DNA from: Nanobdellota archaeon
GTDB lineage: Archaea; Nanobdellota; Nanobdellia; Woesearchaeales; SKGA01
NCBI GenBank assembly: GCA_051819805.1
Contig: JBNJHD010000001.1
Span: forward strand, 8,962 to 72,961
Direction of reading: 5' to 3'
Length of the DNA: 64,000 nt
Below, piece by piece: positions 19,116 through 28,308 of this stretch (its first letter is position 1; the number at the start of each line of letters is the position of its first letter). Made by a program: the position numbers and the translations under genes. The notes below the pieces were generated by a model. It was not told the origin of the DNA. It was given only the letters and a program-made list of their open reading frames with translations, and ran no database searches.

Positions 19116-20105
19116 ATGAACGCGAAGCGGAAGCGGGTACTGCTCTATTCAGGATTAGTCGTTCTCTATCTCATTTTCCTGCTAGTCTCGAATGGAAACC
19201 TGCATCTGAATACTGAAACGACCGAATTCACTGACACGGGAAGCGCGGATTACTTCAGTTGTCACGATCATGACTGTGCATACATACTCAACACGTTACT
19301 CAATCAATCACGAGAAGCGAGATGTGCATTCTATGAACTTGATCACTCACTTATCACCCTACCAGATCATGTTGAAACGCTTATCTATGAGGAGAACCAT
19401 GAAGGCACTACTGATTCTAGTGTCAAGGCAGTTCCCAGCAAAGGATTGATGCACCACAAATTCTGCATATTCAACAACAAGACAGTGCTGACAGGAACGT
19501 GGAATCCGACAATGAGAGGAACCTATGTGAACGATAACTCGATAGTGCTCATCAGATCGAAAGTCATCGCAGAACTGTATGACAAGGAATTCGAACGACT
19601 GGAAGCTCGAATCGATTCGTCTATGAAAATGCCTTCTCATCCACAAAGCGAGTATCACATCAACTTATCAGGAACTCCTATACGCTTATGCTTCAGCCCG
19701 GTACAGGACTGTGAAGGGGTGATGATCGAAGAATTAAGAGTTGCAGAAGAAGAGATTCGCATTCTTGCCTTCATGCTCACAAGTGACGCAGTCGGCGATA
19801 CGCTGGCACGGTTGACTGGAAACGTAACTATTCAAGGAGTGTTCGAAGCGACAGGAGTAAGTCGCTACAGTGAGTATGAAAAGCTACTTGATGCAGGAGC
19901 GACTATCTATAAGGATGGAAATTCAGCATTCATGCATCAGAAATTAATGGTACTTGATGAGGAGAAACTTCTCATAGGATCATACAATCCGACAAAAAAC
20001 GCTCGTGAACGCAATGATGAGAACCTGCTTATCATAAAAGACCGAAGCTTAGCTTCTAGCGCTATCAGGGAATATGAACGAATTATGACTATTGCACAAG
20101 GCTGA
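19116..20105 (+). CDS. Phospholipase D-family protein with two HKD motifs and N-terminal signal/TM (nuclease or phospholipid-transferase)
   Basis: HHKFCIFNNKTVLTGTWNPT and HQKLMVLDEEKLLIGSYNPT both fit HxK(x4)D(x6)G(S/T)xN. N-terminal hydrophobic segment VLLYSGLVVLYLIFLLV. Confidence 0.7.
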   Translation: MNAKRKRVLLYSGLVVLYLIFLLVSNGNLHLNTETTEFTDTGSADYFSCHDHDCAYILNTLLNQSREARCAFYELDHSLITLPDHVETLIYEENHEGTTDSSVKAVPSKGLMHHKFCIFNNKTVLTGTWNPTMRGTYVNDNSIVLIRSKVIAELYDKEFERLEARIDSSMKMPSHPQSEYHINLSGTPIRLCFSPVQDCEGVMIEELRVAEEEIRILAFMLTSDAVGDTLARLTGNVTIQGVFEATGVSRYSEYEKLLDAGATIYKDGNSAFMHQKLMVLDEEKLLIGSYNPTKNARERNDENLLIIKDRSLASSAIREYERIMTIAQG

Positions 20106-20329
20106 TTCTATTCTGTCAAGTGCTTTATAAGAACAATTGTCAGAGAACAACAAGCTTTAAATACTAATTCTTGCTTTAGGACTACACTACAGTGGCTTTC
20201 AAGCTGCTGTTATGGAGAGAGGGAAACGAAACAGGGGTGTAAGTCACTGGAAATGCACGTTATAGTCATCTTCGGTGGCTTTCTTTCTCCAATCAATACT
20301 GATCCATAATACTAGGAGGACGAATATCA

Positions 20330-20782
20330 ATGGCAATTTTGAACTTTGGATTCACAAAGATAAATGTAGAAAAACACAAGAAACCGACTACACAAGTCAA
20401 CATCCAATCAGGACTCAACATCAAGGATGTGAAAGAGTCTAATGTTGTGAGAGGAAGCAAGCAAAAAGCATTCTCTATCATATTCTCGTTCGAGACAAAA
20501 TATGAACCTTCAGTCGGCGCTATCAATCTTGAAGGAGAACTCCTTTTCTTGGCTGAAGAAGGGAAAGCAACAGAGATAGAGAACACCTGGAAGGAGAAGA
20601 AATCTTTGCCAAAAGACATCGCGCTTAATATCTTCAACAAGATCCTTCACCATTGCAATGTGGAAGCGCTTATCCTGAGCAAGGAAATCAACCTCCCACC
20701 ACCGATCCAGATGCCGAAAATCAAGGATCAACAGGGAGCATCAAAACAGACTGCTCAAAAACAAGGGTCTGGCAAGAAATAA
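20330..20782 (+). CDS. Hypothetical protein
   Basis: 150-aa ORF; Lys-rich; no recognisable motif. Confidence 0.3.
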   Translation: MAILNFGFTKINVEKHKKPTTQVNIQSGLNIKDVKESNVVRGSKQKAFSIIFSFETKYEPSVGAINLEGELLFLAEEGKATEIENTWKEKKSLPKDIALNIFNKILHHCNVEALILSKEINLPPPIQMPKIKDQQGASKQTAQKQGSGKK

Positions 20783-20937
20783 AACTACTTGCCACTATTT
20801 TTTTTTAAGTTGTTTCATTCGGTTCTATGAAGAATTATTTCTCAGGCAATGTTCCATAACTTATAAGAATGAGAACTACTTAACAATCCACAACATTCGT
20901 GTTATAAAAATAAAAAATACATGACTGGTGCAATACA

Positions 20938-23166
20938 ATGGCAGAAAACCAGAAAATCCACTTGAAAGTCGTTGAAGCGATACAGGAAGATGTCAATAAA
21001 GGGATAGTCCGACTTGACAGTTCATACATGAGAAAAATAGGTGTTACGCCGGGAGATTTCGTCACCATAGCAGGTGAACGGGAAACGGTAGCACTTGTTG
21101 AACGATCACTACCTGGAGATATAGGGCTGAATATTGTCAGGATGGATGGTCTTGTCAGAAGAAATGCCAAAACGAGTATTGGAGAATACGTCACGGTAGA
21201 ACACGCTGACATCCAAGAAGCGAAGAAAGTCACGATTGCACCAGCACGGGAAGGTATAAAAATCAAAGTCGATAATCCTGTTTTTTTCAACAGGGCGCTG
21301 CTATCACGTTCAATGCAGAAAGGAGACCTCATCTCGCTTGGAGGAAGCTTCTCCAGATTCGGACTCGGAGATATAAAATTCATCACAGTAGATACTGATC
21401 CAAAAAAAGTTCCTGTTCTGGTCACTGAAAACACTGAAGTTGAATGTCTCAGCGAGGCAGTGGAGCTCAAGGAAGAACCTGATGTTCCTGAAGTCTCATA
21501 CGAAGATATAGGAGGACTTGGAGAGGAAGTCAAGAAAGTACGGGAAATGGTGGAATTACCGCTCAAGCATCCAGAACTATTTGAACGACTAGGCATTGAA
21601 CCACCGAAAGGAGTGCTTATGCACGGACCACCTGGAACTGGAAAAACCTTGTTGGCAAAAGCCGTGGCTAACGAGACAAACAGCAATTTCTATGTTATCA
21701 ACGGACCGGAGATCATGAGCAAGTTCTACGGACAATCAGAAGAGAACTTGAGAAAGATATTCGAGGAGGCGGAAGAGAATGCTCCGTCAATAATTTTTAT
21801 TGATGAGATCGACGCAATCGCACCTAAGCGTGAAGAGTCAAAAGGAGAAGTCGAACGACGAGTAGTTGCTCAGCTCCTTGCGATTATGGACGGTCTGAAC
21901 ACGAGAGGGAAAGTCGTTGTCATGGCAGCGACAAACATTGTCAACTCCATCGATCAAGCTCTCAGGCGACCAGGACGCTTTGACAGGGAGATCGAGATAG
22001 GAGTCCCATCAGTGGAAGGAAGGCACAATGTCCTCAAGATCCACACGCGAAACATGCCTCTTTCAAAGAATGTCGATCTGGAAGCGTTATCACGGATAAC
22101 TCATGGTTTTGTAGGAGCAGACTTAGCCGCACTATCAAAAGAAGCGGCGATGGTGGTGCTCAGAAGGTTATTACCTGATCTTAAGCTCAGCGAAGAGGAT
22201 TCGATACCGCAAGAAGTGCTTGATAAAGTGGAAATCAAAAAATCAGACTTTCACGAAGCGCTCAAATCAGTGCGTCCGAGTGCTATGAGAGAAGTCCTTG
22301 TCCAGACACCGAATGTCAAATATGACGATATAGGAGGGCTTGATGAAGTCAAACAAGAACTCATCGAAGCCGTGGAATGGCCGCTCAAGCACAAGAAACA
22401 ATTTCAGGAACTGGGTGTGAAACCACCAAAAGGTGTATTGATATACGGACCGCCGGGAACTGGAAAGACGATGCTGGCGAAAGCTGTATCAAAAGAAAGC
22501 GAGGCTAATTTTATCGCTGTCAAAGGACCAGAACTCCTTTCTAAATGGGTAAATGAAACGCCACAACTCGTCAAGAAACTCTTTGAGAAAGCACGGCAAG
22601 TATCTCCTTCAGTCATCTTCATCGACGAGATTGACGCAATCACTGCCAACAGAAGCGCAGAAAAGAATGTGGCTTCAGATAGTGGTATGAATGCAGTCAA
22701 CCAACTGCTCACGGAACTGGATGGGTTACAGGAACTTACTGATGTTGTTGTCATCGCAGCGACGAACAGGCCGGATGTGATGGATACGGCACTCTTGAGA
22801 CCCGGAAGATTCGATCGTATTATCCTTGCAGGAATTCCTGATACGAAAGCGAGAGAATCAATTTTCAAAGTGCATCTTGATAAGATGAAACTCGCAAAAA
22901 ATATTGATGTAAAAGAACTCGTTGATAATACTGAAGGATATGTAGGCGCGGACATCGAAGCGATCTGCAGGGAAGCAGTCATGATAGAGATGCGACGAGA
23001 TATCAATACGAAAGAGATTTCAAAAGATTCCTTTGAGAAAGCGCTCAAGAAGGTCAAGCCAAGCGCGTCCAAGGAGATACAGGATGCGTATGAAGAATTG
23101 AAGGACCAGTTTTCAAGCGCCAAAGGTAAAGAGATGAAAGCCCAGAAACCAAGTTATTACGGCTGA
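20938..23166 (+). CDS. cdc48: CDC48/VCP-like AAA+ ATPase (N domain plus two AAA cassettes)
   Basis: Two Walker A GPPGTGKT and two Walker B IIFIDEIDA/VIFIDEIDA motifs, SRH regions, and a CDC48 N-terminal double-psi barrel-like region. 742 aa. Confidence 0.9.
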   Translation: MAENQKIHLKVVEAIQEDVNKGIVRLDSSYMRKIGVTPGDFVTIAGERETVALVERSLPGDIGLNIVRMDGLVRRNAKTSIGEYVTVEHADIQEAKKVTIAPAREGIKIKVDNPVFFNRALLSRSMQKGDLISLGGSFSRFGLGDIKFITVDTDPKKVPVLVTENTEVECLSEAVELKEEPDVPEVSYEDIGGLGEEVKKVREMVELPLKHPELFERLGIEPPKGVLMHGPPGTGKTLLAKAVANETNSNFYVINGPEIMSKFYGQSEENLRKIFEEAEENAPSIIFIDEIDAIAPKREESKGEVERRVVAQLLAIMDGLNTRGKVVVMAATNIVNSIDQALRRPGRFDREIEIGVPSVEGRHNVLKIHTRNMPLSKNVDLEALSRITHGFVGADLAALSKEAAMVVLRRLLPDLKLSEEDSIPQEVLDKVEIKKSDFHEALKSVRPSAMREVLVQTPNVKYDDIGGLDEVKQELIEAVEWPLKHKKQFQELGVKPPKGVLIYGPPGTGKTMLAKAVSKESEANFIAVKGPELLSKWVNETPQLVKKLFEKARQVSPSVIFIDEIDAITANRSAEKNVASDSGMNAVNQLLTELDGLQELTDVVVIAATNRPDVMDTALLRPGRFDRIILAGIPDTKARESIFKVHLDKMKLAKNIDVKELVDNTEGYVGADIEAICREAVMIEMRRDINTKEISKDSFEKALKKVKPSASKEIQDAYEELKDQFSSAKGKEMKAQKPSYYG

Positions 23167-23566
23167 TCAGGGCCTGTGGACGGCCATACAGTGTACGGGG
23201 AGTTGCGGTCAGCTGTGCAATGTTCTGTGGTCAGCTGCACTGGTAAAGCGTTGTGTTTAACGGGTGCTGGGAACTGCGATCTGCTGCGCTGTGTTTCAGA
23301 GGACGGTTTTCTGTGAATGGCTGTACTGGGTTCAGGGAGTAACTGTACAGAGAGCATGGTCCTGCTATACAATTTTTTTATCTTAATATTTATAAATAAC
23401 TTTGTATTCTTCTTGATTTCATATGACTACCTACAATTCCGTCAAGGGAAGAAGCTAAACTCTCACTCTCGTTCTAAAGGTCAGTAGGTATAGTGTTTTT
23501 CACACATCAACTTTTATTTTTTACTCTTCACATCAATTCCAAATGATACTAAGAAGGTAATTTACA

Positions 23567-24529
23567 ATGGTATATGTTAAGGATTTCAACTGGAAACAAG
23601 GGATGACAGTCAAGGATCTCGTCGATAGTTACAACTCTATAGGATTCCAATCGGTAGAACTCAAGAAGGCAAGTGACGTGTTTGTCAAGATGAAAAAGAC
23701 TAATGCGAAAGTCTATCTCACGTTCACCTCGAACATGGTGACCTCGGGACTACGAGGGTTTTTTGCACAACTCGTCAAGCTCGGCATGGCAGACGTCCTC
23801 GTCACTACGGCAGGCGGTATCGAAGAGGATATCATGAAAGCGAAAGGCGACAAGTTCAAAGTAGGAACATTCGCACAGGACGATGTCGAACTCCACGAGC
23901 AAGGCGTGAACAGGGTCGGAAACCTCATGATCGAGAACGAAAGCTACATGCATTTTGAAGACAATATCAAGCCGATGCTCAAGAAACTCTATGAAAAGCA
24001 GAAGCGATGGACGGTCTCAGAACTGCTCAAAGAAATAGGATTGCAACTTGATGACGGGAACTCCATCCTGTATCAGGCGGCAAAGAACGACATTCCTATC
24101 TTCTGCCCGGCAATCACGGATGGTGGAATCGGTTTTCACTTATACCTCTTCCAACAGGATCACAAGGACTTCATCGTCGATACAGTCAAGGACTTCGGAA
24201 ACATACTATTCACATCAACTCATGACGAAGAGAAGGCAGTCATCGCACTCGGCGGTAGCATCTCAAAACACCACGCGATCCTTGCAACACTCCTCAACGG
24301 CGGAGCGAACTACGCGGTGTACATGACAACAGCACAACGAAGCAGTGGGTCAATGAGCGGAGCGACAACAAACGAAGCGAAGTCATGGGGAAAAGTCAAG
24401 GATGAAAGTGATGTCGCCACAGTCATCGGAGATGTCACGATCACTTTTCCGATAGCAATGATCAGCGCACTTGAAGAACTGGCTGAAGACGGTATTATCG
24501 AACCCGCACAGACATCAACAGGTGAGTGA
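23567..24529 (+). CDS. dys: Deoxyhypusine synthase
   Basis: 320 aa; ...VYLTFTSNMVTSGLRG...DVLVTTAGGIEEDIMK... conserved DHS blocks. Start/stop overlaps the following decarboxylase and agmatinase genes. Confidence 0.75.
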   Translation: MVYVKDFNWKQGMTVKDLVDSYNSIGFQSVELKKASDVFVKMKKTNAKVYLTFTSNMVTSGLRGFFAQLVKLGMADVLVTTAGGIEEDIMKAKGDKFKVGTFAQDDVELHEQGVNRVGNLMIENESYMHFEDNIKPMLKKLYEKQKRWTVSELLKEIGLQLDDGNSILYQAAKNDIPIFCPAITDGGIGFHLYLFQQDHKDFIVDTVKDFGNILFTSTHDEEKAVIALGGSISKHHAILATLLNGGANYAVYMTTAQRSSGSMSGATTNEAKSWGKVKDESDVATVIGDVTITFPIAMISALEELAEDGIIEPAQTSTGE

Positions 24530-25569
24530 AAATGGAACAAGCGCATTTCACACTATCAAAACAAGTCATACTCGAACAATATGGTCGCGTCGAGAAGATA
24601 AGCGATGTGGTGTCCTACAGTTCAAAAACAAATCCCAAAGTCACACCTATCCTCGAAGAGAAGACTGACTGCTTGTTCAGCGTACACCTGACAAACGAGC
24701 TCAAAAACGTCAAGGATATGTCGCGAGTGCTCTTTCTCGCACAAGGACTTAATGAGCACCAGCTTGATGAACTCTTTGACAAAGGAGTGCGAAACCTTGC
24801 TATAGATAATGAGTATGACCTCAAGCAATTCAAGACTTACATCGAAACGCACGATGTGACTGTGGATAGGTTATTCATGCGTATGAAACTCAAAGAACGC
24901 TCTGTAAGGACAGAGAAATACTTCGTCTTCGGACTGGAATCGACACGTATCAATGAGGAAGTCAGGGAACTCTGGACAAATGATAAGATAGCTTCGCTCG
25001 GTGTGCACGTGCACAGGAAGACGCAAAATATTGCTGAATGGAATTTCAAGGAAGATTTGTACGAATACCTTGATGAGGATGTACTCGAGATACTGGATGT
25101 CATCAATATAGGAGGAGGACTGCCAGCACTCTATGCGAACACGAACAAGAAAGTATTTGAAGGGATATTCAGGCGGATCGACGAATTCAAGGAACTGCTC
25201 AAGGAGAAAAACATCAAGCTCATGATAGAACCTGGACGCTACATTGCAGCACCCGCAGGGAAACTCCATACGAGAATCATAGCGAAGTATGAGAACAACA
25301 TCATACTCAACGCGTCAGTGTATAACAGCGACATGGACGCGCTCATCGTACCAGTTAAACTTTTGGTTGAAGGAGAACTCGACAAAGGACAGGGAGAACC
25401 GTATGTGCTTAAAGGAAAGACACCATGCTCGATGGATCTCTTCAGATATAAGGTATATTTCGACGACCCAAAAATCGGTGATGAGATCGTATTTCTCAAC
25501 GCAGGAGCATACAACTTCACGACAGACTTCTGCAGTCTGGAAACGCTCGAGACAAAGGTGGTGGAGTAA
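24526..25569 (+). CDS. PLP-dependent fold-type III decarboxylase (Orn/DAP/Arg decarboxylase family), short form
   Basis: SYSSKTNP (PLP-Lys region, compare FYAVKCN), IGGGLP (Gly-rich), EPGRYIAAPAG (EPGR motif), GAYNF (GAY motif). Confidence 0.6.
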   Translation: MKMEQAHFTLSKQVILEQYGRVEKISDVVSYSSKTNPKVTPILEEKTDCLFSVHLTNELKNVKDMSRVLFLAQGLNEHQLDELFDKGVRNLAIDNEYDLKQFKTYIETHDVTVDRLFMRMKLKERSVRTEKYFVFGLESTRINEEVRELWTNDKIASLGVHVHRKTQNIAEWNFKEDLYEYLDEDVLEILDVINIGGGLPALYANTNKKVFEGIFRRIDEFKELLKEKNIKLMIEPGRYIAAPAGKLHTRIIAKYENNIILNASVYNSDMDALIVPVKLLVEGELDKGQGEPYVLKGKTPCSMDLFRYKVYFDDPKIGDEIVFLNAGAYNFTTDFCSLETLETKVVE

Positions 25570-25571
25570 AT

Positions 25572-26357
25572 ATGGTCAGAATAACATCAATACCTTTTGA
25601 CGCGGCGGGACTCGGACACGGACAAGGAGCACGGCATGCGCCTGAATCTATCAAAAAAGCGCTTGAAGAACTTTACGCCACTGAAAGCGGTCACGAACCG
25701 ACTTTCGAACACGACACTGTCGAGGTCGATAACGCCAACGTGACAGAAAGCCACGGTGCGATAGAGAAACACATTAGTGGTGTGACTGAAAAAGCTATAC
25801 TTCTTGGCGGTGATCATAGCATCAGTTATCCAGCAATCAAAGGATTCGCACAGAACAATCCGGACTTCAAACTGATCGTTTTTGATGCGCATCCCGACAC
25901 GGTCAACGATTTCCATCCGCCGACACAAGAGGATTATCTCAAAGTACTCGTTGAAGAAGGTATTGTCAAGCCAGAGAATATCATAATAGTCGGCATCCGC
26001 AACTGGGACCGACTAGAAAAAGACTATCTTGATGAGAACGGAATCCGGCATTATAGGTGCAAAGAGATGTTTGATACGGGAATCAAAGCAGTCGCTGAAG
26101 AGATAAGGCAGTTTATTGACAGAACAACATATGTGTCTTTTGATATCGATGTTGTCGATCCGGTTGAAGCGATAGGAACAGGATATATAGAACACGGTGG
26201 GTTGAGTTCACGAGAAGCGATACACCTTGTGCAAACTATCATAGCGACAGGGCATGTGAAAATGGCAGATGTCGTAGAAGTGAATCCTGAAAAGGATGTA
26301 AAGCACATGACTTCAAAGCTCGCAGCGAAGATCGTCATGGAACTCAGCGAGATGTGA
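25572..26357 (+). CDS. Agmatinase/arginase-family ureohydrolase
   Basis: GGDHSISYP, FDAHPDT, SFDIDVVDP manganese-binding motifs of the ureohydrolase family. Confidence 0.8.
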   Translation: MVRITSIPFDAAGLGHGQGARHAPESIKKALEELYATESGHEPTFEHDTVEVDNANVTESHGAIEKHISGVTEKAILLGGDHSISYPAIKGFAQNNPDFKLIVFDAHPDTVNDFHPPTQEDYLKVLVEEGIVKPENIIIVGIRNWDRLEKDYLDENGIRHYRCKEMFDTGIKAVAEEIRQFIDRTTYVSFDIDVVDPVEAIGTGYIEHGGLSSREAIHLVQTIIATGHVKMADVVEVNPEKDVKHMTSKLAAKIVMELSEM

Positions 26358-26579
26358 TTATTCGACCGGCTATGTCCAGAATGGCTAAAATGTACGTTTG
26401 CAATATATTATATTTTTCCCCGCTCCGCCCCAAAACCTCTCGTTGAGAAGTTTTTTCCACTTTTGGAGCAAACTCACATTTGACTTTTTTTTTAGTATAG
26501 AAATCGATTCTTTCTTTGACAAGACCATTCGACCAAATAATTAATAAATAATGACTCTCTGAATAAGGGTGGATCAGTC

Positions 26580-26903
26580 ATGACACTCAAGAAGTATATG
26601 AAAAAACACAAGAAAGGATTCAGCATCGCAGCGATACTCACAGGAGTGCTCGCGGGAGTTGCAGCAGCAGTATTTCTGAAGAAACGATACGAACGGATCC
26701 ACGATGAAGAACCGACCTATAAAGGTTCTGCAAAGAAAAACACTTTTTCTAAAAAACAAGCAAGCAAGAACTCTTCGAAAAAGCCGAAGAAAAAATCTAC
26801 AAAGAAAGCAACGAAGAAGGCAACCAAAAAGACTGTGAAGAAAGCAAAGTCTAAGAAAACAGGTTCTGTCAAAAAAAACACAAGCCGGAAAAACAGGAAA
26901 TAA
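26580..26903 (+). CDS. Small membrane-anchored, extremely Lys-rich (histone H1-like tail) protein
   Basis: One TM helix (FSIAAILTGVLAGVAAAVFL) then a K/S/T-rich low-complexity tail (KKPKKKSTKKATKKATKKTVKKAKSKK). Confidence 0.4.
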   Translation: MTLKKYMKKHKKGFSIAAILTGVLAGVAAAVFLKKRYERIHDEEPTYKGSAKKNTFSKKQASKNSSKKPKKKSTKKATKKATKKTVKKAKSKKTGSVKKNTSRKNRK

Positions 26904-26962
26904 TCCTTTTTAAACCACTTCTCGATACTTTTATAATGGATGAGCAGTTATAGATTTCTATC

Positions 26963-28291
26963 ATGGCATCACTATCAGACATCCCGGATAACTCCAGAGT
27001 ACACATCACGACACAACACGCAAGCTACGAAGGAATACTTCTTCCCTCAGAAAGCGACTTTATTGTTCTTAAGCTTGATTCGGGTTACAACGTCGGCATC
27101 AACCAGAAACACATCAAGGAAGCGAAACTCCTTGAGAAAAAACCTGTTTCTGAAGTGCCTGAGGCTGCAAAAAAAGAGCAGGATGAGTCACTACCTAAAC
27201 TATCTATCATTCACACGGGCGGAACAATAGCATCAAAAGTCGATTATGAGACTGGAGGGGTAGTTGCACGATTCAGCCCTGAAGAACTACTAGAATTATT
27301 TCCTGAACTAGGGGATATTGCACGGATCGACAGCAAGCTCCTCGGAAACATGCACTCGGATGACTTCAACTTCTCACACTTCAACACGATAGCTTCAGAA
27401 ATACACAGGCAAGCAAAAGAAGGACAGAAGCGATTCATCGTCACATCAGGAACGGACTTTCTCCACTACCTGAGTGCAGCGCTCTCATTCATGCTCAAAG
27501 ACTTGCCAGTAGGAGTGCTCGTCGTGGGATCACAACGTTCGAGCGATAGGGGATCAAGCGATGCAGCGATGAATCTCATCTGCGCGGCACAATTCCTCTC
27601 AACAACAGAATTCCACGGCGCTGGAGTATGCATGCACGAATCAACAGAAGATAACAGCTGCCTTATACTACCTGGAACGAACGCTCGCAAGATGCACAGC
27701 TCCAGAAGGGATGCGTTCAAGCCGATCAACACGACAGCATACGCGAAAGTCAATTATGAGAACAGATCGGTCGAACTCCTGAGAGAATTGCCTACAAAAC
27801 GATCATCAAGCATGCCAAGCAAGATAGAGTTCATCGGAAAGCCAGGCAACGAAGACAAGCTCAAGATAGGAATGATCTATTCACGACCACACATGCACGC
27901 GCAAGAATTCGATATATACAAGGATTATGATGCGCTGGTTCTTGTCGGCTCGGGACTCGGACACTTCCCAGTCTCAAAAACTGAAGGTACTGGTCCTGAC
28001 AACACGAAAAACCATGAGAAGATCACAGAGCTTGTAAAGAAGATGCCTGTTGTCATGGCAACACAAACGATCTATGGGCGAGTGCATCTTAACGTCTACA
28101 GTCCTGCACGAAAAATAAAGGATGCTGGTGTGACAGGTCATCTGTCAACAATGACGCCGGAAACAGCATATATCAAGATAGCATGGCTTGTAAGCAACAA
28201 GAACAAGGAGCAAGCCGAAAACCTTTTCATGACAAACATGGTTGGAGAACTCGATAGCATTCCTGAAGAAGCATTCCTCAACACACGATAA
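26963..28291 (+). CDS. gatD: Glutamyl-tRNA(Gln) amidotransferase subunit D
   Basis: Asparaginase-like domain with HTGGTIAS threonine motif; N-terminal GatD-specific domain; adjacent to gatE. Confidence 0.85.
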   Translation: MASLSDIPDNSRVHITTQHASYEGILLPSESDFIVLKLDSGYNVGINQKHIKEAKLLEKKPVSEVPEAAKKEQDESLPKLSIIHTGGTIASKVDYETGGVVARFSPEELLELFPELGDIARIDSKLLGNMHSDDFNFSHFNTIASEIHRQAKEGQKRFIVTSGTDFLHYLSAALSFMLKDLPVGVLVVGSQRSSDRGSSDAAMNLICAAQFLSTTEFHGAGVCMHESTEDNSCLILPGTNARKMHSSRRDAFKPINTTAYAKVNYENRSVELLRELPTKRSSSMPSKIEFIGKPGNEDKLKIGMIYSRPHMHAQEFDIYKDYDALVLVGSGLGHFPVSKTEGTGPDNTKNHEKITELVKKMPVVMATQTIYGRVHLNVYSPARKIKDAGVTGHLSTMTPETAYIKIAWLVSNKNKEQAENLFMTNMVGELDSIPEEAFLNTR

Positions 28292-28308
28292 TTGCAGAGT
28301 GATATCAA

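Noticed and set aside
20880-21686. 268-aa ORF on the minus strand, and 22404-23123(-) 239 aa
   Set aside because: Antisense to the cdc48 AAA+ gene. S/T/P-rich translations are characteristic of reverse-strand ORFs in GC-skewed coding DNA.
26940-27230. ORF 26940-27230(+) overlapping the gatD start
   Set aside because: Out-of-frame overlap with gatD, whose N-terminus (MASLSDIPDNSRVHITT...) is typical of GatD. The overlapping ORF is spurious.
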